DNA of 64,000 nucleotides from an uncultured Gammaproteobacteria bacterium (GTDB lineage Bacteria; Pseudomonadota; Gammaproteobacteria; JAGOUU01): NCBI GenBank assembly GCA_964387745.1, contig CAYLXL010000001.1, positions 1,136 to 65,135 of the forward strand, read 5' to 3'. Shown piece by piece: positions 31,326 to 39,886 of this stretch (position 1 is its first letter; each line of letters starts with the position of its first letter). The notes under the pieces were generated by a model. It saw only the letters and a program-made list of their open reading frames with translations, ran no database searches and was not told where the DNA came from. The position numbers and the translations under genes were made by a program.

Positions 31326-31401
31326 TGGTGGGTCCACAAGGACTCGAACCTTGGACCAAGAGATTAAGAGTCTCCTGCTCTACCAACTGAGCTATGAACC
31401 C
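31326..31401 (-). tRNA. tRNA-Lys (anticodon CUU)
   Basis: The reverse complement GGGTTCATAGCTCAGTTGGTAGAGCAGGAGACTCTTAATCTCTTGGTCCAAGGTTCGAGTCCTTGTGGACCCACCA has a cloverleaf with anticodon CTT at positions 34-36 and an encoded CCA. Confidence 0.9.
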
Positions 31402-31472
31402 ATTTAATTGTTTAATTATGTATAAACAACAAAATACGATCATATAGGGTTCATTTGAAGATTGCAATGATC

Positions 31473-32024
31473 TCAGAGTTTGGATTTTTTTGCAGAGCGT
31501 AAATAGGTTATAAAACTCGCCCATATCAAATCAAAACAGCCAGCAAAAGCTTCTGGATGAGTTTTGAACCAGTGATCGATTTGGCTTATCTCAAACCAAC
31601 CACCAGTAGTAATTTCCGATGGTTCTAAACTAAGTTTAGGGAAATCTAGTTCTGTTGAGAAATCTGCTAAATACAATTTAATAAATTCAAAGCCAGTATG
31701 CTCAGAGGCAGGGATATCATCTATTTCAATAAGTGAAGTTAATGTTAAACCGATCTCTTCTTGGGTTTCGCGTACGGCACACTGATAATAATTTTCACCT
31801 GCAATCAAATGGCCGGCAACACTCGTATCCCATTGATTCGGAAACTGTTGTTTGTGTTTAGATCGTAGTTGTAAGAATATTGTATTTTTATAAGCAATTA
31901 AAATATGTGATGAACGATGCAGTAAGTTTTTTGCATGCACACTATCTTTGGGGGCTTGAGTAATGATGTTATTATTGGCATCTACTACATCCACATATTC
32001 AATATATTTAATATCATTACTCAT
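31473..32024 (-). CDS. NUDIX hydrolase
   Basis: 183 aa with the Nudix box GHLIAGENYYQCAVRETQEEIGL. Confidence 0.8.
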   Translation of the reverse strand: MSNDIKYIEYVDVVDANNNIITQAPKDSVHAKNLLHRSSHILIAYKNTIFLQLRSKHKQQFPNQWDTSVAGHLIAGENYYQCAVRETQEEIGLTLTSLIEIDDIPASEHTGFEFIKLYLADFSTELDFPKLSLEPSEITTGGWFEISQIDHWFKTHPEAFAGCFDLIWASFITYLRSAKKSKL

Positions 32025-32052
32025 ATACTACGATACTATTACTAAATCATTT

Positions 32053-32679
32053 TTATCTTGCACAATTGCGCATGAACATAAAATTAACCGGCTGAGATGT
32101 ACCCACAACTTCACCTTTGTTCATAATTTGCACGACGGCGCTGTGCGGTCCACGTTCGAGAGTGTTAGTTTGGATGCTGCTCGCAGTAGTTGGGGTACCA
32201 TGCGCAACACCATCAATTAATAATTTTGCTTGATCGCCAGAGGCTAATGCCGGTTCACTTGTAAAACTAACATTATACTGACCGCCACAACTATTAACAG
32301 ACTCATTGTTTACTGGTGACGTAATTTTTACCGTAGAATACTTAGTGTTTGGCTGATCTGTATCGATTGCATTATTATCTGAATTGTAAGATGTATCTTC
32401 TGGGGCTGCTGAGCCTCCTAATTCTTCAACATCAGGTTCAGTAATAGATTTAACTGCTGCGCCATTTTTTAAATTAATCGTACGAGCCGGCTCAACTTTT
32501 TTGGGAACTGGATTAAAGCAATTGGGATCAGTTTTAGGATGATCAGTATACAATACGCTACCTTTAGCATCTTTGCATTCATAAATATGTTTTTGTGAGA
32601 AAACATTTGGAGAATTAACCATAAAAGTTAATAACATTGCGCTAATTAAAGATGCTTGATTAAATTTTGATATATTCAT
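32053..32679 (-). CDS. periplasmic DUF4124-like protein
   Basis: Signal peptide, then HIYECKDAKGSVLYTDHPKTDP, matching the DUF4124 N-terminal consensus. Confidence 0.5.
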   Translation of the reverse strand: MNISKFNQASLISAMLLTFMVNSPNVFSQKHIYECKDAKGSVLYTDHPKTDPNCFNPVPKKVEPARTINLKNGAAVKSITEPDVEELGGSAAPEDTSYNSDNNAIDTDQPNTKYSTVKITSPVNNESVNSCGGQYNVSFTSEPALASGDQAKLLIDGVAHGTPTTASSIQTNTLERGPHSAVVQIMNKGEVVGTSQPVNFMFMRNCAR

Positions 32680-33289
32680 TTTCTGTTGCTATCCCATGTA
32701 AGTTAATATCCCAAGAGTCGGTAGGTAAATTTTCTAAACACTGCATATCGTATGCCACGCCTATTAATAAAGGAGTATCTTTTTCATTATTTAATGGATT
32801 TCTTAAAAAAGCAAAGGTTTGATCATAATATCCGCCGCCCATTCCTAGTCGTTGACCGGCTTTTGTAAAAGCAAGCAAAGGCACAAAAACAAGATCGAGC
32901 TGATCAGCAGTAATCAAATCTTTATTACTTGTGAGTGTTGGCTCAGGGATATTGAATTTATTACTTTGTAATTTTGAATCGTGTGTATACTTAGCAAAGT
33001 TAAGAATATTGTTATTAAGCACAGGTAAATAACATTGTTTTTTATTAACTAGACAATATTCAATCAAAATATATAAATCTAATTCATTATTTTGTGATAA
33101 ATAAAAAGCAATTTTTTGCTTATTTTTTAAGACATCATTTTTAATAATAAGATCCGCGCAACTTTTTGCTGCAATAAGATATTCTTGATTCGATAAACTA
33201 TTACGTTTGTCACGCATAGCTTTTCTGATCAATTCTTTAGATGCTTTAGAATTTTGTGAATTTTGCGAATTTGGAGTATTTTCAAGCAT
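32660..33289 (-). CDS. fau: 5-formyltetrahydrofolate cyclo-ligase
   Basis: LDLVFVPLLAFTKAGQRLGMGGGYYD is the MTHFS signature. The ORF track extends the N-terminus to 33376. I place the start at the internal Met (MLENTPNSQ, 33289) because the extension overlaps the putative 6S RNA. Confidence 0.8.
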   Translation of the reverse strand: MLENTPNSQNSQNSKASKELIRKAMRDKRNSLSNQEYLIAAKSCADLIIKNDVLKNKQKIAFYLSQNNELDLYILIEYCLVNKKQCYLPVLNNNILNFAKYTHDSKLQSNKFNIPEPTLTSNKDLITADQLDLVFVPLLAFTKAGQRLGMGGGYYDQTFAFLRNPLNNEKDTPLLIGVAYDMQCLENLPTDSWDINLHGIATENEYIKI

Positions 33290-33295
33290 AATAAT

Positions 33296-33525
33296 ATAAG
33301 AAAATAATGGCGCCACCCGTGATACCGTAGCAACTCTCGCCTTGAACCCGAATTCCAGGTGGGACTCATCGGTCACATATCAGGCTTACTGAACTCTATA
33401 TATATACTTATATATAGCCAGTCATGCACAACAATGCAAGCACACCGAACCCCTAATCAAAGCTTATAAGCTCAAAAAACGTTGGTTACTTCCGCATACC
33501 ATAGTATGTCGCCATACCCAATTTA
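33296..33525 (-). ncRNA. ssrS: putative 6S RNA (SsrS), boundaries approximate
   Basis: Noncoding stretch immediately upstream of the 5-FCL gene. The minus-strand transcript contains ...CCUGGAAUUCGGGUUCAAGGCGAGAG..., resembling the E. coli 6S 3' central-bubble region (CCUUGAACCAAGGGUUCAAGGGUUACAG). The zapA-ssrS-fau arrangement is conserved in gammaproteobacteria. Confidence 0.45.
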
Positions 33526-33760
33526 TAGCAAAAATAATGATAAAAAGATAGCAAAACAATTAGTTAAAACAATGACTTAGCAAAATATTATTAAGAAAAA
33601 CTATGACTATAACTTGTTGAATGGCAAAATAAATATTTTAGATAATGATTGCTTTTTTGAGGTATCTTTGTTAGTCTTGTTCATTAAGCCCGCCGGGCCT
33701 ATGCTTTGAAGGTTTGACTTTGAGGCATCTATAACTTCCAGTAATTGAGATACCACAAAT

Positions 33761-35746
33761 ATGACCACTTCGAGCCTTAAAGCTAATAAATCGCATTCTA
33801 TTAAATTTATTGATTTACCTTTAAATCAACTTCTTATCCAAGCTCTAGACGAAATTGGTTACGACGCACCGACACCTATTCAAGCAGAAATCATTCCTAC
33901 GATCATCGAAGGTCGTGACGTGATTGGTCAAGCACAGACAGGTACAGGTAAAACAGCAGCATTTGCCTTGCCTATTTTATCTAATATCAAAGTGTCTGAT
34001 TATTATTCTGATAACGTAACGCAAGCATTAGTTTTAGCACCAACACGTGAATTAGCTATTCAGGTGGCAGATTCTTTTCGTAAGTATGGATCAAAAATAA
34101 AGGGCCTAGTTGTTGCTACTATTTGTGGTGGTCAAGATTACAAAAACCAATTACAAAAACTTAAAACAGGTAGTCATATAGTTGTTGGTACGCCTGGTAG
34201 AATTATGGACCATATGGAACGTGGTACGCTTAATATTTCTAATTTGACCACTTTGGTGTTAGATGAAGCTGATGAAATGTTACGTATGGGTTTTATTGAT
34301 GACATCAATTGGATTTTAGAGCGTTGCCCAGAAGAAAAACAAATCGCATTATTTTCTGCGACAATGCCAAGTGCAATAAGAAACATTGCGATTAAATATT
34401 TAAGAGATCCAGTAAAAGTTACGATTGAAGCTACGCAAGAAAGCAACAGCCTTATTTCTCAATATTATTGGGGCGTAAACTATAGTAACAAGATTCAAGC
34501 CTTACTTAGAATTTTAGAAATCAGCAAATACGACGGTATGGATGCAATGATTGTCTTTGCTCGTACTAAAGTAGAAACTATATTAATAGGTGAACAATTA
34601 TTAGCCCATGGTCATAGAGCAATCGTTCTAAATGGTGATGTTGATCAAAAAATGCGTGAGCGTTCTATTAAAGAATTAAAGGCTGGCCGCGTTGATATCT
34701 TGATTGCAACTGATGTTGCTGCGCGCGGTTTAGACGTAGACAGAATTACGCATGTTGTTAATTATGACATGCCGCATGATGAAGAAACTTACACACATAG
34801 AATAGGCCGTACTGGCCGTGCTGGCCGTAGTGGGGTTGCGATCACTTTTGCAACCGGTGGTGAAACATCTAAATTAAGATATATAGAACGTTTTACTAAA
34901 ACACCAATAGAGAAATATAAAATGCCAACAGTCTATGAAATGAATAAAAAGCGCGTAGAAACATTCAAAGCAAGAGTATTGAATGCTATCAAAAGCAGCC
35001 AAGATAAAATTAATACCAAAGAAAATTTTGATGAAATGGGTAAGATTATTAAGCAAATCGCCGAAAGTTCAAATAATTCTGTTTTAGATGTAGCATCTGC
35101 TTTAGCTGTATTGTTATACGATAATGCGCCATTATTATTAACTGAAGCTGACGCGATGAAAAGTGCAGAGCGTGCACCACGTAATTATGAAGGCGGCGAT
35201 CGAAACAGAAATGATCGCGGTGGCAGATCTTTTGGCGGTGGAAGAGACGGCAGAGGTAGATCTGAACGTTCTGGTGAAGGTAGAGGCGGCTTTAAAGGTC
35301 GTGGCGACAGATCAGGTTCAGGTGAAAACAGAAGTTTTGGTGAGCGTCGTGAAAGATCAAGTTTTGGTGAAAACAGAAGTTTTGGTGAGCGTCGCGAGAG
35401 ATCTGGTTCTGGTGAAAACAGAAGTTTTGGTGAGCGTCGCGAGAGATCTGGTTCTGGTGAAAACAGAAGTTTTGGTGAGCGTCGTGAGAGATCTGGTGAA
35501 GGCAGAAGTTTCAAAGAAAGAAGTGAGAGATCTGGTTTTAGCGAAAGACGTTCTAGCTTTGGCGGTAAGTCGTCTGACAGCAAAGCTCGCAGTTTTAAAG
35601 ACAGTGATAACAGAAGCGAACGTAAAGAACGCTCTTTCAGCAAAGATAGCAAACCGGCATCTCGTTCGGGTGAAGGTCGTACTTTGAGTCTTAAAAAGAA
35701 TACTAAAAAACGTTCCAATAGCTCGAATTCTCGTAGAAGAGATTAA
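33761..35746 (+). CDS. deaD: DEAD-box ATP-dependent RNA helicase (DeaD/CsdA-like) with a long Arg/Ser/Gly/Glu-rich repetitive C-terminal tail
   Basis: 661 aa. AQTGTGKTAAF (motif I), VLDEADEM (DEAD), SAT, HRIGRTGRAG (motif VI). The tail has about 5 copies of RSFGERRERSGSGEN. Confidence 0.9.
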   Translation: MTTSSLKANKSHSIKFIDLPLNQLLIQALDEIGYDAPTPIQAEIIPTIIEGRDVIGQAQTGTGKTAAFALPILSNIKVSDYYSDNVTQALVLAPTRELAIQVADSFRKYGSKIKGLVVATICGGQDYKNQLQKLKTGSHIVVGTPGRIMDHMERGTLNISNLTTLVLDEADEMLRMGFIDDINWILERCPEEKQIALFSATMPSAIRNIAIKYLRDPVKVTIEATQESNSLISQYYWGVNYSNKIQALLRILEISKYDGMDAMIVFARTKVETILIGEQLLAHGHRAIVLNGDVDQKMRERSIKELKAGRVDILIATDVAARGLDVDRITHVVNYDMPHDEETYTHRIGRTGRAGRSGVAITFATGGETSKLRYIERFTKTPIEKYKMPTVYEMNKKRVETFKARVLNAIKSSQDKINTKENFDEMGKIIKQIAESSNNSVLDVASALAVLLYDNAPLLLTEADAMKSAERAPRNYEGGDRNRNDRGGRSFGGGRDGRGRSERSGEGRGGFKGRGDRSGSGENRSFGERRERSSFGENRSFGERRERSGSGENRSFGERRERSGSGENRSFGERRERSGEGRSFKERSERSGFSERRSSFGGKSSDSKARSFKDSDNRSERKERSFSKDSKPASRSGEGRTLSLKKNTKKRSNSSNSRRRD

Positions 35747-35765
35747 TTTTAATCCGAAAGTTTCA

Positions 35766-35802
35766 AAGCCCGTTAGATGATAAGTTTAACGGGCTTTTTT
35801 TT
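35766..35802 (+). terminator. rho-independent terminator of deaD
   Basis: gcccgtta...taacgggc hairpin followed by a T8 run. Confidence 0.7.
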
Positions 35803-35829
35803 GAGTAGAATTCTTTGTATGTTAGGTGA

Positions 35830-35932
35830 TCTTATCCCAAAATTGCCTTGTATTTTAGGATGTTTTATCCCAAAATTGCCTTGTGTTTTGGGCTGCTTTA
35901 CCCCAAATATACCTTGTATTTTGGGATAAAAT
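35830..35932. repeat. three tandem about 34-bp units, each an 8-bp-arm inverted repeat (cccaaaat N8 attttRgg), upstream of the first ATPase gene
   Basis: Seen directly: ttatcccaaaattgccttgtattttagga / ttatcccaaaattgccttgtgttttgggc / taccccaaatataccttgtattttgggat. Confidence 0.6.
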
Positions 35933-35969
35933 AAGCTAGGATATAAAATAACTATTATTAATCAATAAG

Positions 35970-37349
35970 ATGATAATTATGCTATATCGTTTTGAATCAC
36001 AATACTTAATTGATTGGCTTGTTAGATCGGATCGCAAGCCTTTAATCATTAAAGGAGCCCGGCAAGTTGGCAAATCAACTATTGTTAAACAATTTGCCAA
36101 AAAGAGCAATTTAACTTTGGTGGAATTAGATTTTGAACAAAATCCCGGGTATGCAGCTCTTTTTACGAGTAAAGATCCTGAAACCATTTTAACTCTACTA
36201 AGTGCACATTTTAATCAACAAATTGAAATTAATTCATCCTTACTTTTTCTAGATGAAATACAAAAAACCCCAGAAGTAATAAGTTGTTTAAGATACTTTT
36301 ATGAAAAGATGCCAAGTTTACCCATTATAGCGGCAGGTTCATTATTAGACCTAGCTTTGCAGCACATTAATTTTTCAATTCCTGTAGGTAGAGTCGAATA
36401 TATGTACCTAGGCCCAATGAATTTTGAAAATTTTTTATTAGCAACCAAGCAAAAACCGTTATATGATTTTTTACAACAATATGAACCAACGCAAACTATT
36501 CCAGAACCATTGCATAACTCCTTATTAAATTCAGTAAAAAATTATTTTATCGTTGGTGGTATGCCTCAAGCAGTGGCTAATTATGCTAACAATCATGATT
36601 TTATTGCCTTGAATAGGCTGCACAATAGTTTATTAACGGGCTTTAAAGAGGATTTTTCTAAATACGCATCTAAATCCGAGCAAGAAAGAATGCGTTTGCT
36701 ATTTAATAAAATCCCCATAATGCTAGGCAAAAAATTTATCTACAGTCACATAGATCGAGAAGAAAAATCAACAACTATTAAAACAGCATTAGATAATTTA
36801 AGTTTAGCACGTATTATTAATGTTGTTTATCATACTAACGCCAATGGTTTACCTTTAGGAGCAGAAGTTAATAGTAAAAAATTCAAAACTTTTTTTCTGG
36901 ATATTGGTCTAGTTACTACAGCCCTAGATTTAAATATACTTACTTTTAATGATGTAGAAGATCTTTCGTTAATTAATTCTGGCCAAATTGCTGAACAATT
37001 TGTTGCGCAAGAACTTTTACAACTCCGAGAATTATATCAGCAGCCTAATTTGTATTATTGGATTAGAGAAGCGAAATCTTCATCTGCAGAGGTAGATTTT
37101 ATTATTGGCTTTAATGGAAAGGTAATTCCTGTAGAAGTGAAAGCTGGTATGGCTGGCAAATTAAGGTCGCTGCATTATTTTTTGAATGAAAAAAATAGTG
37201 CTTTTGCTATTCGTTTCTCTAATAATCCTATTAGTTCAATAAACTCTACCGTCCAAATCGGTTCAGAATCATTATCTTACCAATTATTATCAGTGCCTTT
37301 TTATTTAATCGGGCAATTGCGTCGTTTGTTACACTACTATGCATTGTAA
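35970..37349 (+). CDS. COG1373-type AAA+ ATPase with C-terminal DUF4143 / PD-(D/E)xK-like motif (paralog 1)
   Basis: 459 aa. Walker A GARQVGKST. C-terminus YWIREAKSSSAEVDFIIG...IPVEVKAG has a D...ExK pattern. Confidence 0.75.
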   Translation: MIIMLYRFESQYLIDWLVRSDRKPLIIKGARQVGKSTIVKQFAKKSNLTLVELDFEQNPGYAALFTSKDPETILTLLSAHFNQQIEINSSLLFLDEIQKTPEVISCLRYFYEKMPSLPIIAAGSLLDLALQHINFSIPVGRVEYMYLGPMNFENFLLATKQKPLYDFLQQYEPTQTIPEPLHNSLLNSVKNYFIVGGMPQAVANYANNHDFIALNRLHNSLLTGFKEDFSKYASKSEQERMRLLFNKIPIMLGKKFIYSHIDREEKSTTIKTALDNLSLARIINVVYHTNANGLPLGAEVNSKKFKTFFLDIGLVTTALDLNILTFNDVEDLSLINSGQIAEQFVAQELLQLRELYQQPNLYYWIREAKSSSAEVDFIIGFNGKVIPVEVKAGMAGKLRSLHYFLNEKNSAFAIRFSNNPISSINSTVQIGSESLSYQLLSVPFYLIGQLRRLLHYYAL

Positions 37350-37428
37350 CTCAGAGGGCCTTTGAATAATGAAGTAATCGATATCTATAATTATAAAATT
37401 ATGTATAGTCAATCATGTCAATTTACAA

Positions 37429-38592
37429 CTAGATGAAATCGAATTGATTATATGATGCTAAAATATTTTCTAATCTAAATAATGCTGTTCTCATAGGGAT
37501 GGCTGAAATATGATCATAACGCTCTTCTTGTTCGCCATTATAAATTAAATAACATTGTGCAATTGGGTAATCTTTTTTAAATTCATTTAATCCACGGCAA
37601 TCTTTACGTTCTACATAACTGCTACTTTTTAACTCAAAGGCAAAAAGACCATTTTCACCATAGACTATAAAATCAACTTCAGTCCCAGTTGCTGTTCGCC
37701 AAAAATAAATAGTTAAATCATATCTATAATAATCAATAATCGCCCGTAAATTCTGTAAAAATAATGTCTCGAAAGCCGGACCACCAATTTCTTTAGGGAG
37801 ATCTAACGGACCTTTGGGACGAATGGTTTGAAAAAGGCCAACATCAAAATAATAAAATTTCGGATGTTGACTTAATTTTCTTTGCGCACGTTTAGTGAAA
37901 CAAGGAATCTGGACAGCAATTAACAGATCTTCTAATATTTCAAAATAACTTTCGACAATTTTCCTACTGACACCTACTTCTCGAGATATCCCTAATAGGT
38001 TTAATTGTGCGCCTTGAGAGAAACTGGCGATTTCCATAAACCTACTAAAAGTACCTAGATTACGTACCAGACCTTCTTGTAAAATTTCTTCGCGTAGATA
38101 AGTCGTGAAATAGCTTTCAAGAAAATGCTTTGAGTCATCGGATGTGTAACTAATTGGTAATAATCCGTAGCGCAGAGATTTATTAAGATCAAAGCCATCA
38201 CCTATTTCACTTGCTGTAAGGGGATGCATATAGTGAGTCCGTGCTCTGCCAGCTAACAAATTGGTTCCTGTACGTTTCAGCTGGCGACTACTTGATCCAG
38301 TCAGAATAAAATGACGTTGATGGTGTTCGATTAAACGGTGCACTTCATTTAGTAAAGCAGGTACTTTCTGCACTTCATCGATGATTACCCATGGATTGTT
38401 GTGTGCTAAAACCATTGCTTCTAGGCGCGTTGGATCAGCTTGTAGGCGAGTGTAGTCACGATGATTTAACAAATCAATATACAAAGCTTCAGGGAAAGCT
38501 GATTTGACCCATTGAGTTTTACCTGTACCACGAGGACCAAATATGAAAGCGCTCGTGTCTATCTTATTGATATTTAATAATCGTTTAAACAT
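37429..38592 (-). CDS. COG1373-type AAA+ ATPase with C-terminal DUF4143 / PD-(D/E)xK-like motif (paralog 2)
   Basis: 387 aa. Walker A GPRGTGKTQ. C-terminus FWRTATGTEVDFIVYG...FAFELKSS. Confidence 0.75.
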   Translation of the reverse strand: MFKRLLNINKIDTSAFIFGPRGTGKTQWVKSAFPEALYIDLLNHRDYTRLQADPTRLEAMVLAHNNPWVIIDEVQKVPALLNEVHRLIEHHQRHFILTGSSSRQLKRTGTNLLAGRARTHYMHPLTASEIGDGFDLNKSLRYGLLPISYTSDDSKHFLESYFTTYLREEILQEGLVRNLGTFSRFMEIASFSQGAQLNLLGISREVGVSRKIVESYFEILEDLLIAVQIPCFTKRAQRKLSQHPKFYYFDVGLFQTIRPKGPLDLPKEIGGPAFETLFLQNLRAIIDYYRYDLTIYFWRTATGTEVDFIVYGENGLFAFELKSSSYVERKDCRGLNEFKKDYPIAQCYLIYNGEQEERYDHISAIPMRTALFRLENILASYNQFDFI

Positions 38593-38761
38593 AATATAGA
38601 TATTTTAGCCTAAGAGGTAAAAAAAACAATGATTTTTTGACTTTTGATCTTAAAAAACATCATTCAAGCTAAATCAACAAGTTATATTCACACAAAGTAA
38701 GAACTTTTCACGATCATAGAGGTCTAAATCTGTAGCGTTTAATGATATAAGGACATGATTT

Positions 38762-39817
38762 ATGCCAGAGCAAACAGACCAACGTGCTTTAGAGCCTCTA
38801 GAAGAGTTTTTACTCGAGCAGACATCTCGGCTCGAGTTTTTAGATCCCAATTCTCCGCAATACAAATCTTTAAAAGATGCATTATTAGTCGCAGAATCAA
38901 TGCAGTTTATTAAAGACAATGAAGAGCTGATCAAACGCATTATCGATTGTAAAAATAATAAACAAGCATACTTAGCTGATGAATATATTAAAAGCCATTA
39001 TGCAGATAGGGCTGAACAAGATTTTGAGAATAAAGTATTAAGAGCACTAAATGGAGTATCTTTTCATATTGATTATCAATCTCCCGAGTTAGGCTGGCAA
39101 GCATTGGCAGGTTTAGTTTATCAATTTGAAACTGCAATTGTTACAGCTCGGGAACAAAATGTAACTGATGAATTAATTAATAAATTAAGATATGACAGAG
39201 ATCGTGGTTGTATAGAAGAACGAGTTTCTAATGCTCTACTTTACGCAGGACGTTTATTAAGTGGAGAGGTGAGTTTTGATGATGAGTTTGCCAGAGTTTA
39301 TGAACAGTTATCAACGACGCGACAAACAGAGCAAGAAAAATACTCATTAGCTTTATGGCATTTTGCTAGTAATGATTTATTAGGTAAAGATGTCATTATC
39401 AATAAGACCACTAGAGATATTTTAGTTGCTGGTGGTATTGCAGTAGAACAATTCGCAGCTTTTTTGGATACCCAAGGTGGACTAGCTTATAAATTTAAAC
39501 TCACACCAGAGATTATAAAGTCTTATCTGATTGCTATGGGTGAGTTAAGTGAGAGTTTTACTAGTGCAGATGATTATAAAAAAACAATCTATCAGGAAGT
39601 CTATGCAGAAAAAGATGTAGATATTGTTTTAGGTAAAGCCAATCCACCAATGCTACAACATCGATTCAAAGATTATGATGATGCTATCAAATTTTTACAA
39701 TGGTTACAGAGTGAGCCAGAGCTAAAAGAAGTAGGGATTCTTAAGGCTAAAGTTACAGAAGAAAGTGGTCAATTTGTTATTCGCTTGAGTGGAGAACAGG
39801 TTGATAAAATTTTGTGA
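38762..39817 (+). CDS. hypothetical protein (351 aa), first gene of a two-gene cassette with the giant repeat protein
   Basis: Clean ORF, acidic N-terminus, no recognisable family. Lies 69 bp upstream of the next gene on the same strand. Confidence 0.4.
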   Translation: MPEQTDQRALEPLEEFLLEQTSRLEFLDPNSPQYKSLKDALLVAESMQFIKDNEELIKRIIDCKNNKQAYLADEYIKSHYADRAEQDFENKVLRALNGVSFHIDYQSPELGWQALAGLVYQFETAIVTAREQNVTDELINKLRYDRDRGCIEERVSNALLYAGRLLSGEVSFDDEFARVYEQLSTTRQTEQEKYSLALWHFASNDLLGKDVIINKTTRDILVAGGIAVEQFAAFLDTQGGLAYKFKLTPEIIKSYLIAMGELSESFTSADDYKKTIYQEVYAEKDVDIVLGKANPPMLQHRFKDYDDAIKFLQWLQSEPELKEVGILKAKVTEESGQFVIRLSGEQVDKIL

Positions 39818-39886
39818 GCTGATAGCTACAATAAATTACAAGCAGGCGTTTCTCTGGATATATTAACAGGGGTTGTTAATCGAGAT

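Noticed and set aside
30778-31524. Minus-strand ORFs 30778..31104, 31071..31337, 31255..31524 over hicAB and tRNA-Lys
   Set aside because: They overlap a recognisable hicAB pair and a tRNA gene. Spurious.
33290-33376. N-terminal 29-aa extension of the fau ORF (track start 33376)
   Set aside because: The extension overlaps the putative 6S RNA. MTHFS proteins are about 180-210 aa, and the internal Met gives 211 aa.
35163-35718. ORFs 35163..35687 (+) and 35185..35718 (-) overlapping the deaD tail
   Set aside because: They are alternative-frame artefacts of the 45-bp tandem repeat. deaD motifs fix the real frame.
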